A stretch of DNA of 32,000 nt, taken from assembly GCA_030668875.1 (NCBI GenBank), contig DAOVER010000022.1:1-32000 (forward strand). The letters are read 5' to 3'. The position numbers and the translations under genes are program-made. This stretch comes from Candidatus Heimdallarchaeota archaeon (GTDB lineage: Archaea; Asgardarchaeota; Heimdallarchaeia; Heimdallarchaeales; Heimdallarchaeaceae). Position 1 is the first letter of the stretch. Every line of letters starts with the position of its first letter. Below are positions 9,285 to 18,720 of the stretch, piece after piece. The notes beneath the pieces are model-generated. The model was not told the DNA's origin, made no database searches, and worked only from the letters and a program-made list of their open reading frames with translations.

Positions 9285-12281
9285 CTATTGTTTTTTCCTT
9301 CTAATGAATGTTGCAATTGCTGCTAAAGATAATATCCCTAAAAGCATTGCAAACGTTGAAACTGGGGCTCCGGGTGATTTAGTAGGAATGTTGTAATGTA
9401 CGTCTAGAGTGTTTCCAGCAAGGTCTACTGCAACAATATGAAGATCATTATCTCCGTCAACTAAACTGGATATAAATATTACAAACGTTCTTACTTTTCC
9501 AGAACCTAAGGTACTAATACTTTCCCCATTTAATTCTATAGAGATTGAAAGAATATTTGATATATAGTCTTTGACTTCAAAGTCCAATCTTGCTACTTCT
9601 GGTTTTGTATTATTGGTCCAACCTTCAACAATTACTTCAGGGGGCGTTGAGTCAAACAAGAAATTTGCAATGTAAACGTCATCACCACTTTCAGCTTTGA
9701 AAATATATGCAGCTTCGTCTCCAAAAGTAAGTCTATATGAGTACATGCCTGGAGAATCTTCGGTTAATGTGACTGTGCCAGTTGTTTCACCAGTTGGAGA
9801 GACAATTTTAACGCTTGCAGAAACAGTAGCGGATGTATTAAGGCTTTCAATGGTTATGTCTGCTCCTGTAGAATCTTGAACATATGAACCAACGATTTTT
9901 TCAGATGCTGTAAACCAGCTGAAGATATTATTGACGAATACCTTGTTTTGTGTTCCGGTATTATAGGCATCCTTGTATCCTATTGTATCCAAGTGGAAGT
10001 TTGTTGTAACAACAATTACTCTTCCTCCTGCATCATTTTCATAAGCAGCTGTTGTTCCTTTATTATTCCACTTCGTTAGTATTTTGGCATCATCTCCAGC
10101 AACCGTCAAAGTAGTTCCATAATGATCAATTTTTATCACACCTTCAGTGAGCGCATGCGTTATTATTACACTTGATGTTGCAACAGCACTGAAGTCAAAG
10201 AGATCCTCCGAGACTGTTATATCATAGGGATCAATTAGATTATTGACCATTGTAATATTATTACCCGCGATGATAGAAGTTCCTAAGTGATCTATTTGTT
10301 CTGCACTTTGTCCAAGTAAATCAATGAACAATCCTCCGCCATTCGCAACAAAATTCTGAATTGCCATTATCTCTGATGCAACCAAAGGTCTTGCTGTTAC
10401 TTTATCTGCGTTTTGTGATGATTGATCGATTAAGATCAGATTTGGAAAGTCATAATCGAAAGGATCAGCAAACCAAATAGCATCATAACCTACTAATTCA
10501 GCATCAGTAATCAGGCCATGTCTATATTCATTTATTGCTATACCTTTATCCATGAAATCCTCTATTGCTATATGATATTGACCAAGATAACCATCAATAG
10601 ACCATGAAGTGTGTTGTTTAGCATAATATATTCTGCCCTTACCTTCAGTTACAGTTATCTCAAAGTAAGTGCTATCTTGAACTCCTTGAGATGTTTCGAA
10701 AACGATATTACCACTATAGATCCCTAGTGCTAGATCTGTTGGAATATCTAAAACAAACTTATAGAATTTAGTCCATGGTTCAGAATAAGGCACTACTTCA
10801 ATAGATCCTATGAGAGGTAAATCACCAGTTAATATTGGTGTTAAATCTTCCCATGGAGTTGATGAAACTGATTCAACAAAGAATTCATGGTGCCATCCTT
10901 GTGGGGCAACTTTAAGGTCGGTTGTAGGCATGTTCTCAATAGCATACAGAAGTGTAGGATAACCTGAAGCGTTTGTGGGGGCATCAATAATTAATTGCAA
11001 TGCATTACCAACATCAGGGATTCCTGCTCCTCCTCCTAAGTGATCCATCAATCCAGCATCAGCTGATAACATTAAAGCTGCTTTAATCATTCCAGGATCG
11101 TAAGGAATAGCAAGATCTTTGAGTGCCTCTATCATAACTGCTGCGGCACCTGCAATATGAGGAGCTGCCATGGAAGTACCATCTTTAGAAATGTAACCAT
11201 TAGTTCCTCCTTTATCACAACTAACTATATCTACTCCTGGGGCTGCAATATCAGGTTTATAAAATCCGTCTGCAGTTGGACCTAGAACACTAAAAGAAGC
11301 TAAATTGCCACTTGCGTCAACTGCTGCAACACTCATGACTTGAGGAGCTGAACTAGCAGATCCTACAGATATATAATCTCTGGTATCTCCAGGGTCATAG
11401 TTTCCAGCTGAATTAGAGATGAACATTCCTTCACCCCATAGGATTTGTACAAGAGTTTCCTCTAAATCCATACCTTCTTGATCACGTGAACCGAGACTCA
11501 TGTTAATAACGTCAATCTCTCCTACAGTTGCTTCATACTCTAAAGCGTATTCTAGTGCAGCTAATATTCCCCAAATTGGTAGCTCAGCTGCTGCTCCCCC
11601 TACTCGTCCAACAAGAATATCTGCTCCTGGAGCCATTCCTTTGTAACTAGGATTAGCATTTCCTGCTCCTGCTGCAGTACCCGCGGTATGAGTGCCATGA
11701 CCATTTTCATCATTAATGGAAGTTGTTGTATATGAAAATCCATATGATTTATTGACGAATGACATACTCCCGGGAAGTATTTTCCCGGTGAAATCTAAAT
11801 GATCTTGATTAATTCCTGTATCAATATCATATACAACAGTTCCTGTGCCATCGTAACCCATATTCCATACGCCCGAAACATTAATTTGATCAGCTGTAGC
11901 GATAGTCAATTTGATGTTATCTAGAACTGGACGGGATGAAATTGGTTCTATAAACTGAAATTTAGTATTTGTTATGTCAAAAATTCTTGTAACTCCCACT
12001 AAATTCAGTAATTCTATTTTATTGCTCAACATATCTTCAACTGCAACCATTTTCAGATATGGAAATGCTAACATGTAATTCCCATCATTGATATAATTAT
12101 TGAAATCTTCTTCTGAATCGAAGAGTACGATAAAATCTCTCATCGAATCAATAAAACCCTCTTCAGAGGGTGAGGTTTCAACAATTGCACCTTGTGTTGG
12201 TGATATCATGACAGCACTAATCTGTATCATGAAAATAGTAACTAAAAGAAAGCTGAAACTAACAATTGCTTTTCGTTTCAT
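9285..12281 (-). CDS. Membrane-anchored S8 serine protease, paralog 2
   Basis: DIDTG, HGTHTAG, SAGN, GTSMAAPH; collinear with paralog 1 (shared DPG.IK.A.M.SA, FVxSVSSTP, NxTKPEVARLDF); TM plus RRKKQ tail. Confidence 0.9.
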   Translation of the reverse strand: MKRKAIVSFSFLLVTIFMIQISAVMISPTQGAIVETSPSEEGFIDSMRDFIVLFDSEEDFNNYINDGNYMLAFPYLKMVAVEDMLSNKIELLNLVGVTRIFDITNTKFQFIEPISSRPVLDNIKLTIATADQINVSGVWNMGYDGTGTVVYDIDTGINQDHLDFTGKILPGSMSFVNKSYGFSYTTTSINDENGHGTHTAGTAAGAGNANPSYKGMAPGADILVGRVGGAAAELPIWGILAALEYALEYEATVGEIDVINMSLGSRDQEGMDLEETLVQILWGEGMFISNSAGNYDPGDTRDYISVGSASSAPQVMSVAAVDASGNLASFSVLGPTADGFYKPDIAAPGVDIVSCDKGGTNGYISKDGTSMAAPHIAGAAAVMIEALKDLAIPYDPGMIKAALMLSADAGLMDHLGGGAGIPDVGNALQLIIDAPTNASGYPTLLYAIENMPTTDLKVAPQGWHHEFFVESVSSTPWEDLTPILTGDLPLIGSIEVVPYSEPWTKFYKFVLDIPTDLALGIYSGNIVFETSQGVQDSTYFEITVTEGKGRIYYAKQHTSWSIDGYLGQYHIAIEDFMDKGIAINEYRHGLITDAELVGYDAIWFADPFDYDFPNLILIDQSSQNADKVTARPLVASEIMAIQNFVANGGGLFIDLLGQSAEQIDHLGTSIIAGNNITMVNNLIDPYDITVSEDLFDFSAVATSSVIITHALTEGVIKIDHYGTTLTVAGDDAKILTKWNNKGTTAAYENDAGGRVIVVTTNFHLDTIGYKDAYNTGTQNKVFVNNIFSWFTASEKIVGSYVQDSTGADITIESLNTSATVSASVKIVSPTGETTGTVTLTEDSPGMYSYRLTFGDEAAYIFKAESGDDVYIANFLFDSTPPEVIVEGWTNNTKPEVARLDFEVKDYISNILSISIELNGESISTLGSGKVRTFVIFISSLVDGDNDLHIVAVDLAGNTLDVHYNIPTKSPGAPVSTFAMLLGILSLAAIATFIRRKKQ

Positions 12282-12303
12282 ATTTTGACTTTAGTTAATC
12301 TTA

Positions 12304-12318
12304 TTCATAAATTTTTGC
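12304..12318 (-). promoter_or_regulatory. BRE/TATA-like element for S8 paralog 2
   Basis: Minus strand GCAAAAA-TTTATGAA, 22 nt before ATG 12281. Confidence 0.6.
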
Positions 12319-12425
12319 CAATATATAAAATCAAAACAGCAAAGATAACTTCCACTTCTTTACAAAATGCTTAATATGAACTTGGGTTAAAGTAAGACGA
12401 GATATAGTGTTATACGAAGGTGGAA

Positions 12426-13271
12426 ATGATAAGCAAAACTCATGTTATTCCTATATACCAAATTGATGCATTTACTGATGAACCCTTTAAGGGTAATCCC
12501 GCAGCAGTTTGCTTAATCACAGAAAATTATCCTGATAGAATTTTGCAGAAAATTGCAGCAGAGATGAACCTTTCGGAGACTGCCTTTCTCTACATTCCTA
12601 ATATTGATGCAATCAGGGAATTGAGTAGATTTCGTTTACGTTGGTTTACCCCTCAAGTTGAAGTAAATTTATGTGGCCATGCAACACTTGCTACTTCATA
12701 TTTGTTGTTTCATGTACTTAATATCGATTCCAACTCTGTAATATATGAAACACTAAGCGGCGAGTTAATTGCATCAAAGAAAGAAGATGGTGTAATATTA
12801 GACTTTCCTATGAATGAACCTGAAATTATAGAATCACTTCCCAAATTACTCGATGCTCTAGGTTTGAAAACAGCTGAGGCTTTTGCTTATTCAAAAAGTG
12901 TGAAAGATTTGTTGATTGAATTAGATTCAGAAGAAACCATTTCTGATCTTAAGCCAGATTTTGAGAAAATAAAACAATTATCTCTTAGTCGAGATATACG
13001 TGGTGTTATTGTAACAGCAAGAGGTGGTGCAAAATATGATTTCATCTCAAGATTTTTTGCTCCTTGGGTTGGTATTAACGAGGATCCCGTTACTGGTTCA
13101 GCTCATACAATCTTAGCTCCATACTGGGCAAAGAAATTTAGTAAAAAAGAAATGAAAGGTTACCAAATGTCTGAGAGGGGAGGAGAAATTACTGTGAAAG
13201 TTTTGGAAAACAACCGTGTGGAGATAATTGGAAAATCTACACTTGTTTTAAAAGGAGAATTTTATGTATGA
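12426..13271 (+). CDS. PhzF/diaminopimelate-epimerase-fold isomerase family protein
   Basis: IDAFT..PFKGNPAAV, AEMNLSETAF, LRWFTPQVEVNLCGHATLA, EDPVTGSAH. ATG at 12426 follows AGGTGG. Confidence 0.9.
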   Translation: MISKTHVIPIYQIDAFTDEPFKGNPAAVCLITENYPDRILQKIAAEMNLSETAFLYIPNIDAIRELSRFRLRWFTPQVEVNLCGHATLATSYLLFHVLNIDSNSVIYETLSGELIASKKEDGVILDFPMNEPEIIESLPKLLDALGLKTAEAFAYSKSVKDLLIELDSEETISDLKPDFEKIKQLSLSRDIRGVIVTARGGAKYDFISRFFAPWVGINEDPVTGSAHTILAPYWAKKFSKKEMKGYQMSERGGEITVKVLENNRVEIIGKSTLVLKGEFYV

Positions 13272-13529
13272 TTTTTCTATCATCTGATATACTCCAAGAA
13301 TCTTTTTTCTTATCTTCTATTAGGTAATTCCAGAAACATGAAATTGCTATTCTGGATAATAAAACTATCTGCTCGTTGTACAATTGCACCATATGTGAGT
13401 TTGGGGGTTTTTTGAGGTCATCTGGTGACTATATAAATATTTCTGCGCAATAATTCTAAAAAAACCGAATTACTCTTGCTGAATTGTTGCAAGCAATTTA
13501 ACATATCTGTCCAAGACAATTATATATTC

Positions 13530-14558
13530 ATGAGAGTATTATTAACGGGTGCATTTGGCAATGTTGGTCAAAGAACTCTTGAGGTCTTGTTAAAAAAAGA
13601 ATACAACGTTAGATGTTTTGATCTAAGAACTACGCGAAATGTGAACATTGAACTACAACTTAGAAAATTGGGGAAGTATGAGGTTGTTTGGGGAGATATC
13701 AGAGATGCCAATACGGTCCAAAAATTAGTTAAGGACGTAGATTATATTATACATCTAGCTGCAATCATTCCTCCTTTGGCATATGATATGCCTGAATTAG
13801 CATATGATGTAAATGTTACTGGAACTTTGAATTTACTTAAAGCTGCAGAAAACTGTTCAGTACCACCAAAATTCATTTACATTTCTTCGATTGCGGTTCA
13901 TGGAAATAGAATGAAGTATGAACCTCCAACATTTGCTGATGATTCATTAGATCCACTAAACTATGATAACTATGCTCAACATAAAGTCGAAATGGAGATG
14001 AAATTCTGGAATAGTAAATTACCTTGGGTTATTCTTAGATTTGCAGCAGTTACTCCTTTTGAACTGACTTGGAATGTCCCTGACATTATGTATGCAATTC
14101 CTTTAGAACAAAGAATAGAAATTGTCGATTCGCGAGATGCAGCTTTAGCCTGTGTTAATGCACTATCTGCAAACGTAATAGGTAAAACATTACTCATTGG
14201 TGGAGGTAAAGGTAATCAATTGTATCAACGAGAATATGTTTCAAAGATGCTGGATGCCTTAGGTATTGGAATGTTACCTGAATCAGCATTCAAACAAGTT
14301 AGAACAGATGATGATTATTACCACTGTGATTGGATGTACACTAAGGATGCTCAAGAACTACTTAATTTCCAAAACCATACGTTTGATGAGTTTCTTGAAG
14401 TTTTCAAAAAGAAAATCCGATTTAGAAGATTTTTAATCTCTCTAGTCAAACCTATTGCTAGAACATATCTATTGAAGAAGTCTCCCTACTATACAAAACC
14501 AAAACGTACAAAAAGAAAAGGAAGAACCCAAAGAAAGCCTGTTATTGCCCAAAATTAA
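13530..14558 (+). CDS. Extended SDR, NAD(P)-dependent epimerase/dehydratase
   Basis: VLLTGAFGNVG, WGDIRD, IHLAAI, VNVTGT, YISS, YAQHK (YxxxK). Start placed at ATG 13530, right before the Rossmann strand. Confidence 0.88.
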   Translation: MRVLLTGAFGNVGQRTLEVLLKKEYNVRCFDLRTTRNVNIELQLRKLGKYEVVWGDIRDANTVQKLVKDVDYIIHLAAIIPPLAYDMPELAYDVNVTGTLNLLKAAENCSVPPKFIYISSIAVHGNRMKYEPPTFADDSLDPLNYDNYAQHKVEMEMKFWNSKLPWVILRFAAVTPFELTWNVPDIMYAIPLEQRIEIVDSRDAALACVNALSANVIGKTLLIGGGKGNQLYQREYVSKMLDALGIGMLPESAFKQVRTDDDYYHCDWMYTKDAQELLNFQNHTFDEFLEVFKKKIRFRRFLISLVKPIARTYLLKKSPYYTKPKRTKRKGRTQRKPVIAQN

Positions 14559-14632
14559 ACCTTCTACTCTTCTTTTTTCTTTGTACGTTTCATCCATACT
14601 TTTTCTTTCCATACTTTTTATTAATGCCAACA

Positions 14633-14700
14633 TTTATATATCAGTAAATGGCGAACTGAATAGCGATTCCGAATAGAAATTCATTCCGAAAAGGAATTTC
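14633..14700 (+). promoter_or_regulatory. dnaK promoter: TATA box plus three palindromic boxes (candidate heat-shock operator)
   Basis: TTTATATA at 14633-14640; GAAT-N4-ATTC at 14658-14669 and 14671-14682; GAAA-N5-TTTC at 14688-14700. Confidence 0.55.
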
Positions 14701-14725
14701 ATTTTGTTAATATAATGCTTATTAA

Positions 14726-16633
14726 ATGGTGATATATTTGAGTAAGGAAAAAACAAAGAAAGAGTTGGTTGTTGGAATAGATTTAGGTACAACAAACTCT
14801 GGTATTTCATATATGGTTGCTGGAAAACCAGAAATTATTCCAAATTTAGAAGGTGGTCGATTAACACCTAGTGTTGTTACATTAAATGAAGATGGTACAA
14901 GAACTGTGGGGATTCAAGCAAAGAGGCAATCAATTGCAATGCATGATCGAACAATTCGAAGTATCAAGAGAAAGATGGGTACAGACTATATATTTTCTCT
15001 AGATGGAAAAGATTACAAGCCCGAGGAGATTTCTGCAATGATTTTATCAAAGATGGTAGAAGATGCAGAGGCATATTTGGGCGAGAAGATTAAGAAAGCT
15101 GTTATTACTGTACCAGCATACTTTTCTGACGCACAAAGAACCGCAACAAAGAATGCAGGAGAAATTGCAGGTTTAGAGGTTTTGAGAATTGTTAACGAAC
15201 CCACTGCTAGTGCCTTAGCTTATGGTTTAGAAAAAGAGGGTGCAGAAAGAGTGTTGGTGTTTGATCTTGGTGGAGGAACCTTTGATGTTTCAATTTTAGA
15301 ACTTGATGATGGTTTGTTCAGGGTAATTTCAACTAGTGGTAATAACCTACTTGGTGGAGATGATTGGGATCAAAAAATAATAGATTGGATCGTAGATGAA
15401 TTTAAGAAAAAGGAAGGAATCGATCTATCCAAAGATGCAAAAGTTATGCAGAGGTTAAAAGATGCTGCAGAAGAAGCTAAAATTGAGCTAACATCAAAAT
15501 TGAAAACAAAAATAAGTTTACCTTATATTACTGCTGATGCTTCTGGACCTAAACATCTTGATTTGGAGCTTTCAAGAGCAAAATTTGAAGACTTTACAAG
15601 AGACCTTGTTGAAAAATGCGTAGGCCCAACCAAGCAAGCAATGAAAGATTCAGGTAAGAAAGCTAAAGATTTAGACAAAATTATTTTGGTTGGTGGTGCA
15701 ACACGAATGCCCATGATCAGAAATATGGCTAAAGATCTTTTCGAAAAAGAACCACATAAAGGTGTAGCTCCTGAAGAAGTTGTTGCACTTGGAGCTGCTG
15801 TACAGGCAGCTGTTCTTGCTGGTGAAGTTAAAGATATACTCCTTCTAGATGTAACTCCTCTTACATTAGGATTAGAAACTCTTGGTTCTATTATGACTCC
15901 TCTTATTGAAAGAAATACAACTATTCCTGTAACTAAGAAGAATGTTTTCTCAACTGCTGCTGATATGCAAACTTCTGTAGAAATACATGTTCTCCAAGGA
16001 GAAAGAAAAATGGCTACTGATAATATAACACTTGGAAGATTCCAATTAGTAGGTATTCCTCCAGCTCCAAGGGGTATTCCACAAATCGAAGTATCTTTTG
16101 ACATGGATGCTAATGGTATTCTCCAAGTTGCAGCTAAAGATCTAGGAACTGGAAAGGAACAAAGCATAGTAATTCAATCTTCAAGTCTTTCTGAAAGCGA
16201 GATAGAAAAAATGAAAGCAGATGCAGAGAAGTATAAAGAAGAAGATGAGAAGAGAAAAGAGGCTGTTGAAACAAGAAATACAGCAGAACAGGCTATCTAT
16301 ACAGCTGAAAAAACTTTCAAAGACTTAGGAGACAAAGTAACTGAAGACGAAAAGAAGGTTATAGACGAGAAAGTTGAAGTTCTTAAGAAAGAGATGGAAA
16401 AAGATGATGTTGATAAATTGAAGAGTAAAACAGAGGACCTGATGCAAGAGATTTCCAAAGTAGCTCAAAGAATATATGCTGAAACTGGTCAAGCGCCTGG
16501 AGGTCCTCAACCTGGTCAAGATCCATTTACTCCTGCAGGAGCAGGACCCACTCCAGGAGCTCCTCAACAACCTGACATTGATGAAGAACAAGTAATAGAT
16601 GTAAATTATGAGCCAGTTGAAGATGAAGATTAG
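14726..16633 (+). CDS. dnaK: Molecular chaperone DnaK (Hsp70)
   Basis: [44 protein letters not shown]. Lacks the N-terminal ~24-aa insert (Gram-positive/archaeal type). True start may be TTG 14738 after GGTGA. Confidence 0.98.
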   Translation: MVIYLSKEKTKKELVVGIDLGTTNSGISYMVAGKPEIIPNLEGGRLTPSVVTLNEDGTRTVGIQAKRQSIAMHDRTIRSIKRKMGTDYIFSLDGKDYKPEEISAMILSKMVEDAEAYLGEKIKKAVITVPAYFSDAQRTATKNAGEIAGLEVLRIVNEPTASALAYGLEKEGAERVLVFDLGGGTFDVSILELDDGLFRVISTSGNNLLGGDDWDQKIIDWIVDEFKKKEGIDLSKDAKVMQRLKDAAEEAKIELTSKLKTKISLPYITADASGPKHLDLELSRAKFEDFTRDLVEKCVGPTKQAMKDSGKKAKDLDKIILVGGATRMPMIRNMAKDLFEKEPHKGVAPEEVVALGAAVQAAVLAGEVKDILLLDVTPLTLGLETLGSIMTPLIERNTTIPVTKKNVFSTAADMQTSVEIHVLQGERKMATDNITLGRFQLVGIPPAPRGIPQIEVSFDMDANGILQVAAKDLGTGKEQSIVIQSSSLSESEIEKMKADAEKYKEEDEKRKEAVETRNTAEQAIYTAEKTFKDLGDKVTEDEKKVIDEKVEVLKKEMEKDDVDKLKSKTEDLMQEISKVAQRIYAETGQAPGGPQPGQDPFTPAGAGPTPGAPQQPDIDEEQVIDVNYEPVEDED

Positions 16634-16722
16634 ATAAAAATCTAACTTCTCTATAACCGATAATATTTTTATTACTTCCTTCTTTCTTGTTTTCATATCC
16701 ACCAAATAATAGATGAATTCCA

Positions 16723-17877
16723 ATGCCAGAAAAGCGAGATTATTATGAAGTTCTAGATCTTTCTAAAGATGCAACAGAGGCAGATATTAAAAAATCATTC
16801 AGAAAGAAAGCAATGCAATATCATCCTGATCGTAATCCAGATGACTCTAAAGCAGCTAATAAGTTCAAAGAAGCTTCTGAAGCTTATGAGATCTTAACAG
16901 ATCCCGAAAAAAGATCTGCTTACGATAGATTTGGTTTTAGTGGTGTAGAATCTCGTTTTTCAAATGTTAATGCAGGTGATTTCTCTTCCGTTATGGATAT
17001 TTTTAACTCTATTTTTGGTGATGACTTTTCTAGCATGTTTGGAGGAAGACGATCTAGACGTCCATCTGGTCATCAAAAGGGATCGGATTTGTTAATGAAT
17101 TATGGAATTTCATTTGAGGACGCAATTTATGGTGTGACAAAGATTATCGATGTTCCAATTAAGAAACCTTGTTCAGATTGCAAAGGAATTGGATCAGAAA
17201 AGGGAGTATCTCCTCAAACTTGTCCAGAGTGTAAAGGTGCAGGTATTGTAATGGTTAGTCAAAGAACCGCATTTGGTGTATTTAGTACACAGCAAACATG
17301 CAGACGATGTAGAGGTAACGGAGAGATTATAACAAATCCTTGTAAAACATGCAGAGGTACTGGAGATTCAGGGGAAGATGAGAGGATTAAATTAGATATT
17401 CCTCCTGGCGTAGATTCTGGATTTCGATTAAGAGTACGAGGAAAAGGAGAAAAAGGTCGTTTGAGTGGTCCCAGAGGTGATCTTTACTTCCGATTGATAG
17501 TAGACTCTCATCCCTTTTACAAAAGACAAGGTGATAACATAATAGTTGAACTATCTGTCCCCTATCCAATTGCTGTTTTAGGCGGTGATATGGTCGTTCC
17601 GACGCCTTATGGTCCGGAAAAGGTGAAAATACCAAAGAAAACAAAAGAGGGCAATGTCTTAAGGCTTAGCCGAAAAGGAATTCAAAGAAAAACACAGTAC
17701 GGTATGAATTATGGGGACTTCATGATTATTGTTCATTATGCTATTCCTAATAAAATATCTGAAACTGAAAAGGAGCTCTTGACACAATTGAAAGATGTAA
17801 TGCCTCTTCCAAAGAAACAAGAAAAACAATTCCAAAAACTAATTGAAGATTCAAAGAAGAATAAGGTAAATTATTGA
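16723..17877 (+). CDS. dnaJ: Molecular chaperone DnaJ (class A)
   Basis: J domain with HPD, G/F region, four CxxCxGxG repeats (CSDCKGIG, CPECKGAG, CRRCRGNG, CKTCRGTG) and C-terminal domains. Confidence 0.97.
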   Translation: MPEKRDYYEVLDLSKDATEADIKKSFRKKAMQYHPDRNPDDSKAANKFKEASEAYEILTDPEKRSAYDRFGFSGVESRFSNVNAGDFSSVMDIFNSIFGDDFSSMFGGRRSRRPSGHQKGSDLLMNYGISFEDAIYGVTKIIDVPIKKPCSDCKGIGSEKGVSPQTCPECKGAGIVMVSQRTAFGVFSTQQTCRRCRGNGEIITNPCKTCRGTGDSGEDERIKLDIPPGVDSGFRLRVRGKGEKGRLSGPRGDLYFRLIVDSHPFYKRQGDNIIVELSVPYPIAVLGGDMVVPTPYGPEKVKIPKKTKEGNVLRLSRKGIQRKTQYGMNYGDFMIIVHYAIPNKISETEKELLTQLKDVMPLPKKQEKQFQKLIEDSKKNKVNY

Positions 17878-17922
17878 GAAATTTTAGATACTTTTTTAAT
17901 TCATTAATTTCATTACATAATA

Positions 17923-18717
17923 ATGAGTGAAGATTTTGTACGTTGCACAAATTGTGGTAATCTTAATATAGCAGGTACTTCCAAATGTGTTTTCTGTGAC
18001 ACAGATATTGATGCAGATGCTGAAGTGTTTAAAGAACATGCAGATGATCCAAGCGTATCAGAATTGCCTGGAGTACCTCCTGTAGTTAAAGAAGCTACAA
18101 CTTCTGATTATCCAGCCATGCCTGCAATGCCAGAAATACCAGATGCAGAAATTAAAGATAAGAAAAAAGATTCAAAGAAAGAAAAGATAACAAAACCAAC
18201 ACAATTGAAAGGGTACTCCTCTGGTATGAAATTTCTCTATATGACACTAATCTTTATCGCAGTATCAATACTTCATTATCTATTGAATCTTCTTGTAGCA
18301 CTAGCTTCATATGATCCAACGGACCCAAATATCGTTCTATCATTGAATATTCCAGCTAATATAAGTTCTATCCTTTCTATTACAGGATCTTCAGTAATAA
18401 TTGGTGTTCCCTTCGCAATTATTATAGGTTACATTCTAGGAAAATCAATTAGAAAATTCACACAAAAGAAGAAAGAAATAATTACTTGGTTGATTTATGC
18501 AATTATCCTTGATGTCGTTGTAAATCTAGGAATTGCTGCAATATTCGTCTTCGTGTTCAACTTTGAAGACTTATATTTTGTCTATCTTGTCGGAGCAGTT
18601 TTCATCTTCATAATATTCAATATTATAACACTATTCCTACCATTCTTGGTTGGTACTCATTTGATTTATTATAATATTGATAAAATCTTCTTTCCCAAGA
18701 AGTATTCAGGAAATTGA
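17923..18717 (+). CDS. Zinc-ribbon domain membrane protein (about 4 TM helices)
   Basis: N-terminal CTNCG-x9-CVFC, Pro/acidic linker, Lys-rich stretch, then about four hydrophobic helices; TTTTTAAT box 22 nt upstream. Confidence 0.75.
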   Translation: MSEDFVRCTNCGNLNIAGTSKCVFCDTDIDADAEVFKEHADDPSVSELPGVPPVVKEATTSDYPAMPAMPEIPDAEIKDKKKDSKKEKITKPTQLKGYSSGMKFLYMTLIFIAVSILHYLLNLLVALASYDPTDPNIVLSLNIPANISSILSITGSSVIIGVPFAIIIGYILGKSIRKFTQKKKEIITWLIYAIILDVVVNLGIAAIFVFVFNFEDLYFVYLVGAVFIFIIFNIITLFLPFLVGTHLIYYNIDKIFFPKKYSGN

Positions 18718-18720
18718 TCG

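Noticed and set aside
12426-13271. Phenazine biosynthesis cluster
   Set aside because: Lone PhzF-family gene with no other phz genes; the family is widespread outside phenazine producers.
13272-13529. Intergenic region: ~51-codon minus-strand ORF and a 7-bp inverted repeat (TCCAGAA...TTCTGGA)
   Set aside because: The ORF overlaps the PhzF-family stop and lacks motifs or an SD; the repeat is too short to be significant in AT-rich DNA.
15523-16167. 214-aa ORF antisense to dnaK (also 15013-15204 and 16325-16723)
   Set aside because: Long antisense frames are a familiar by-product of dnaK codon usage; no motifs and no start signals.
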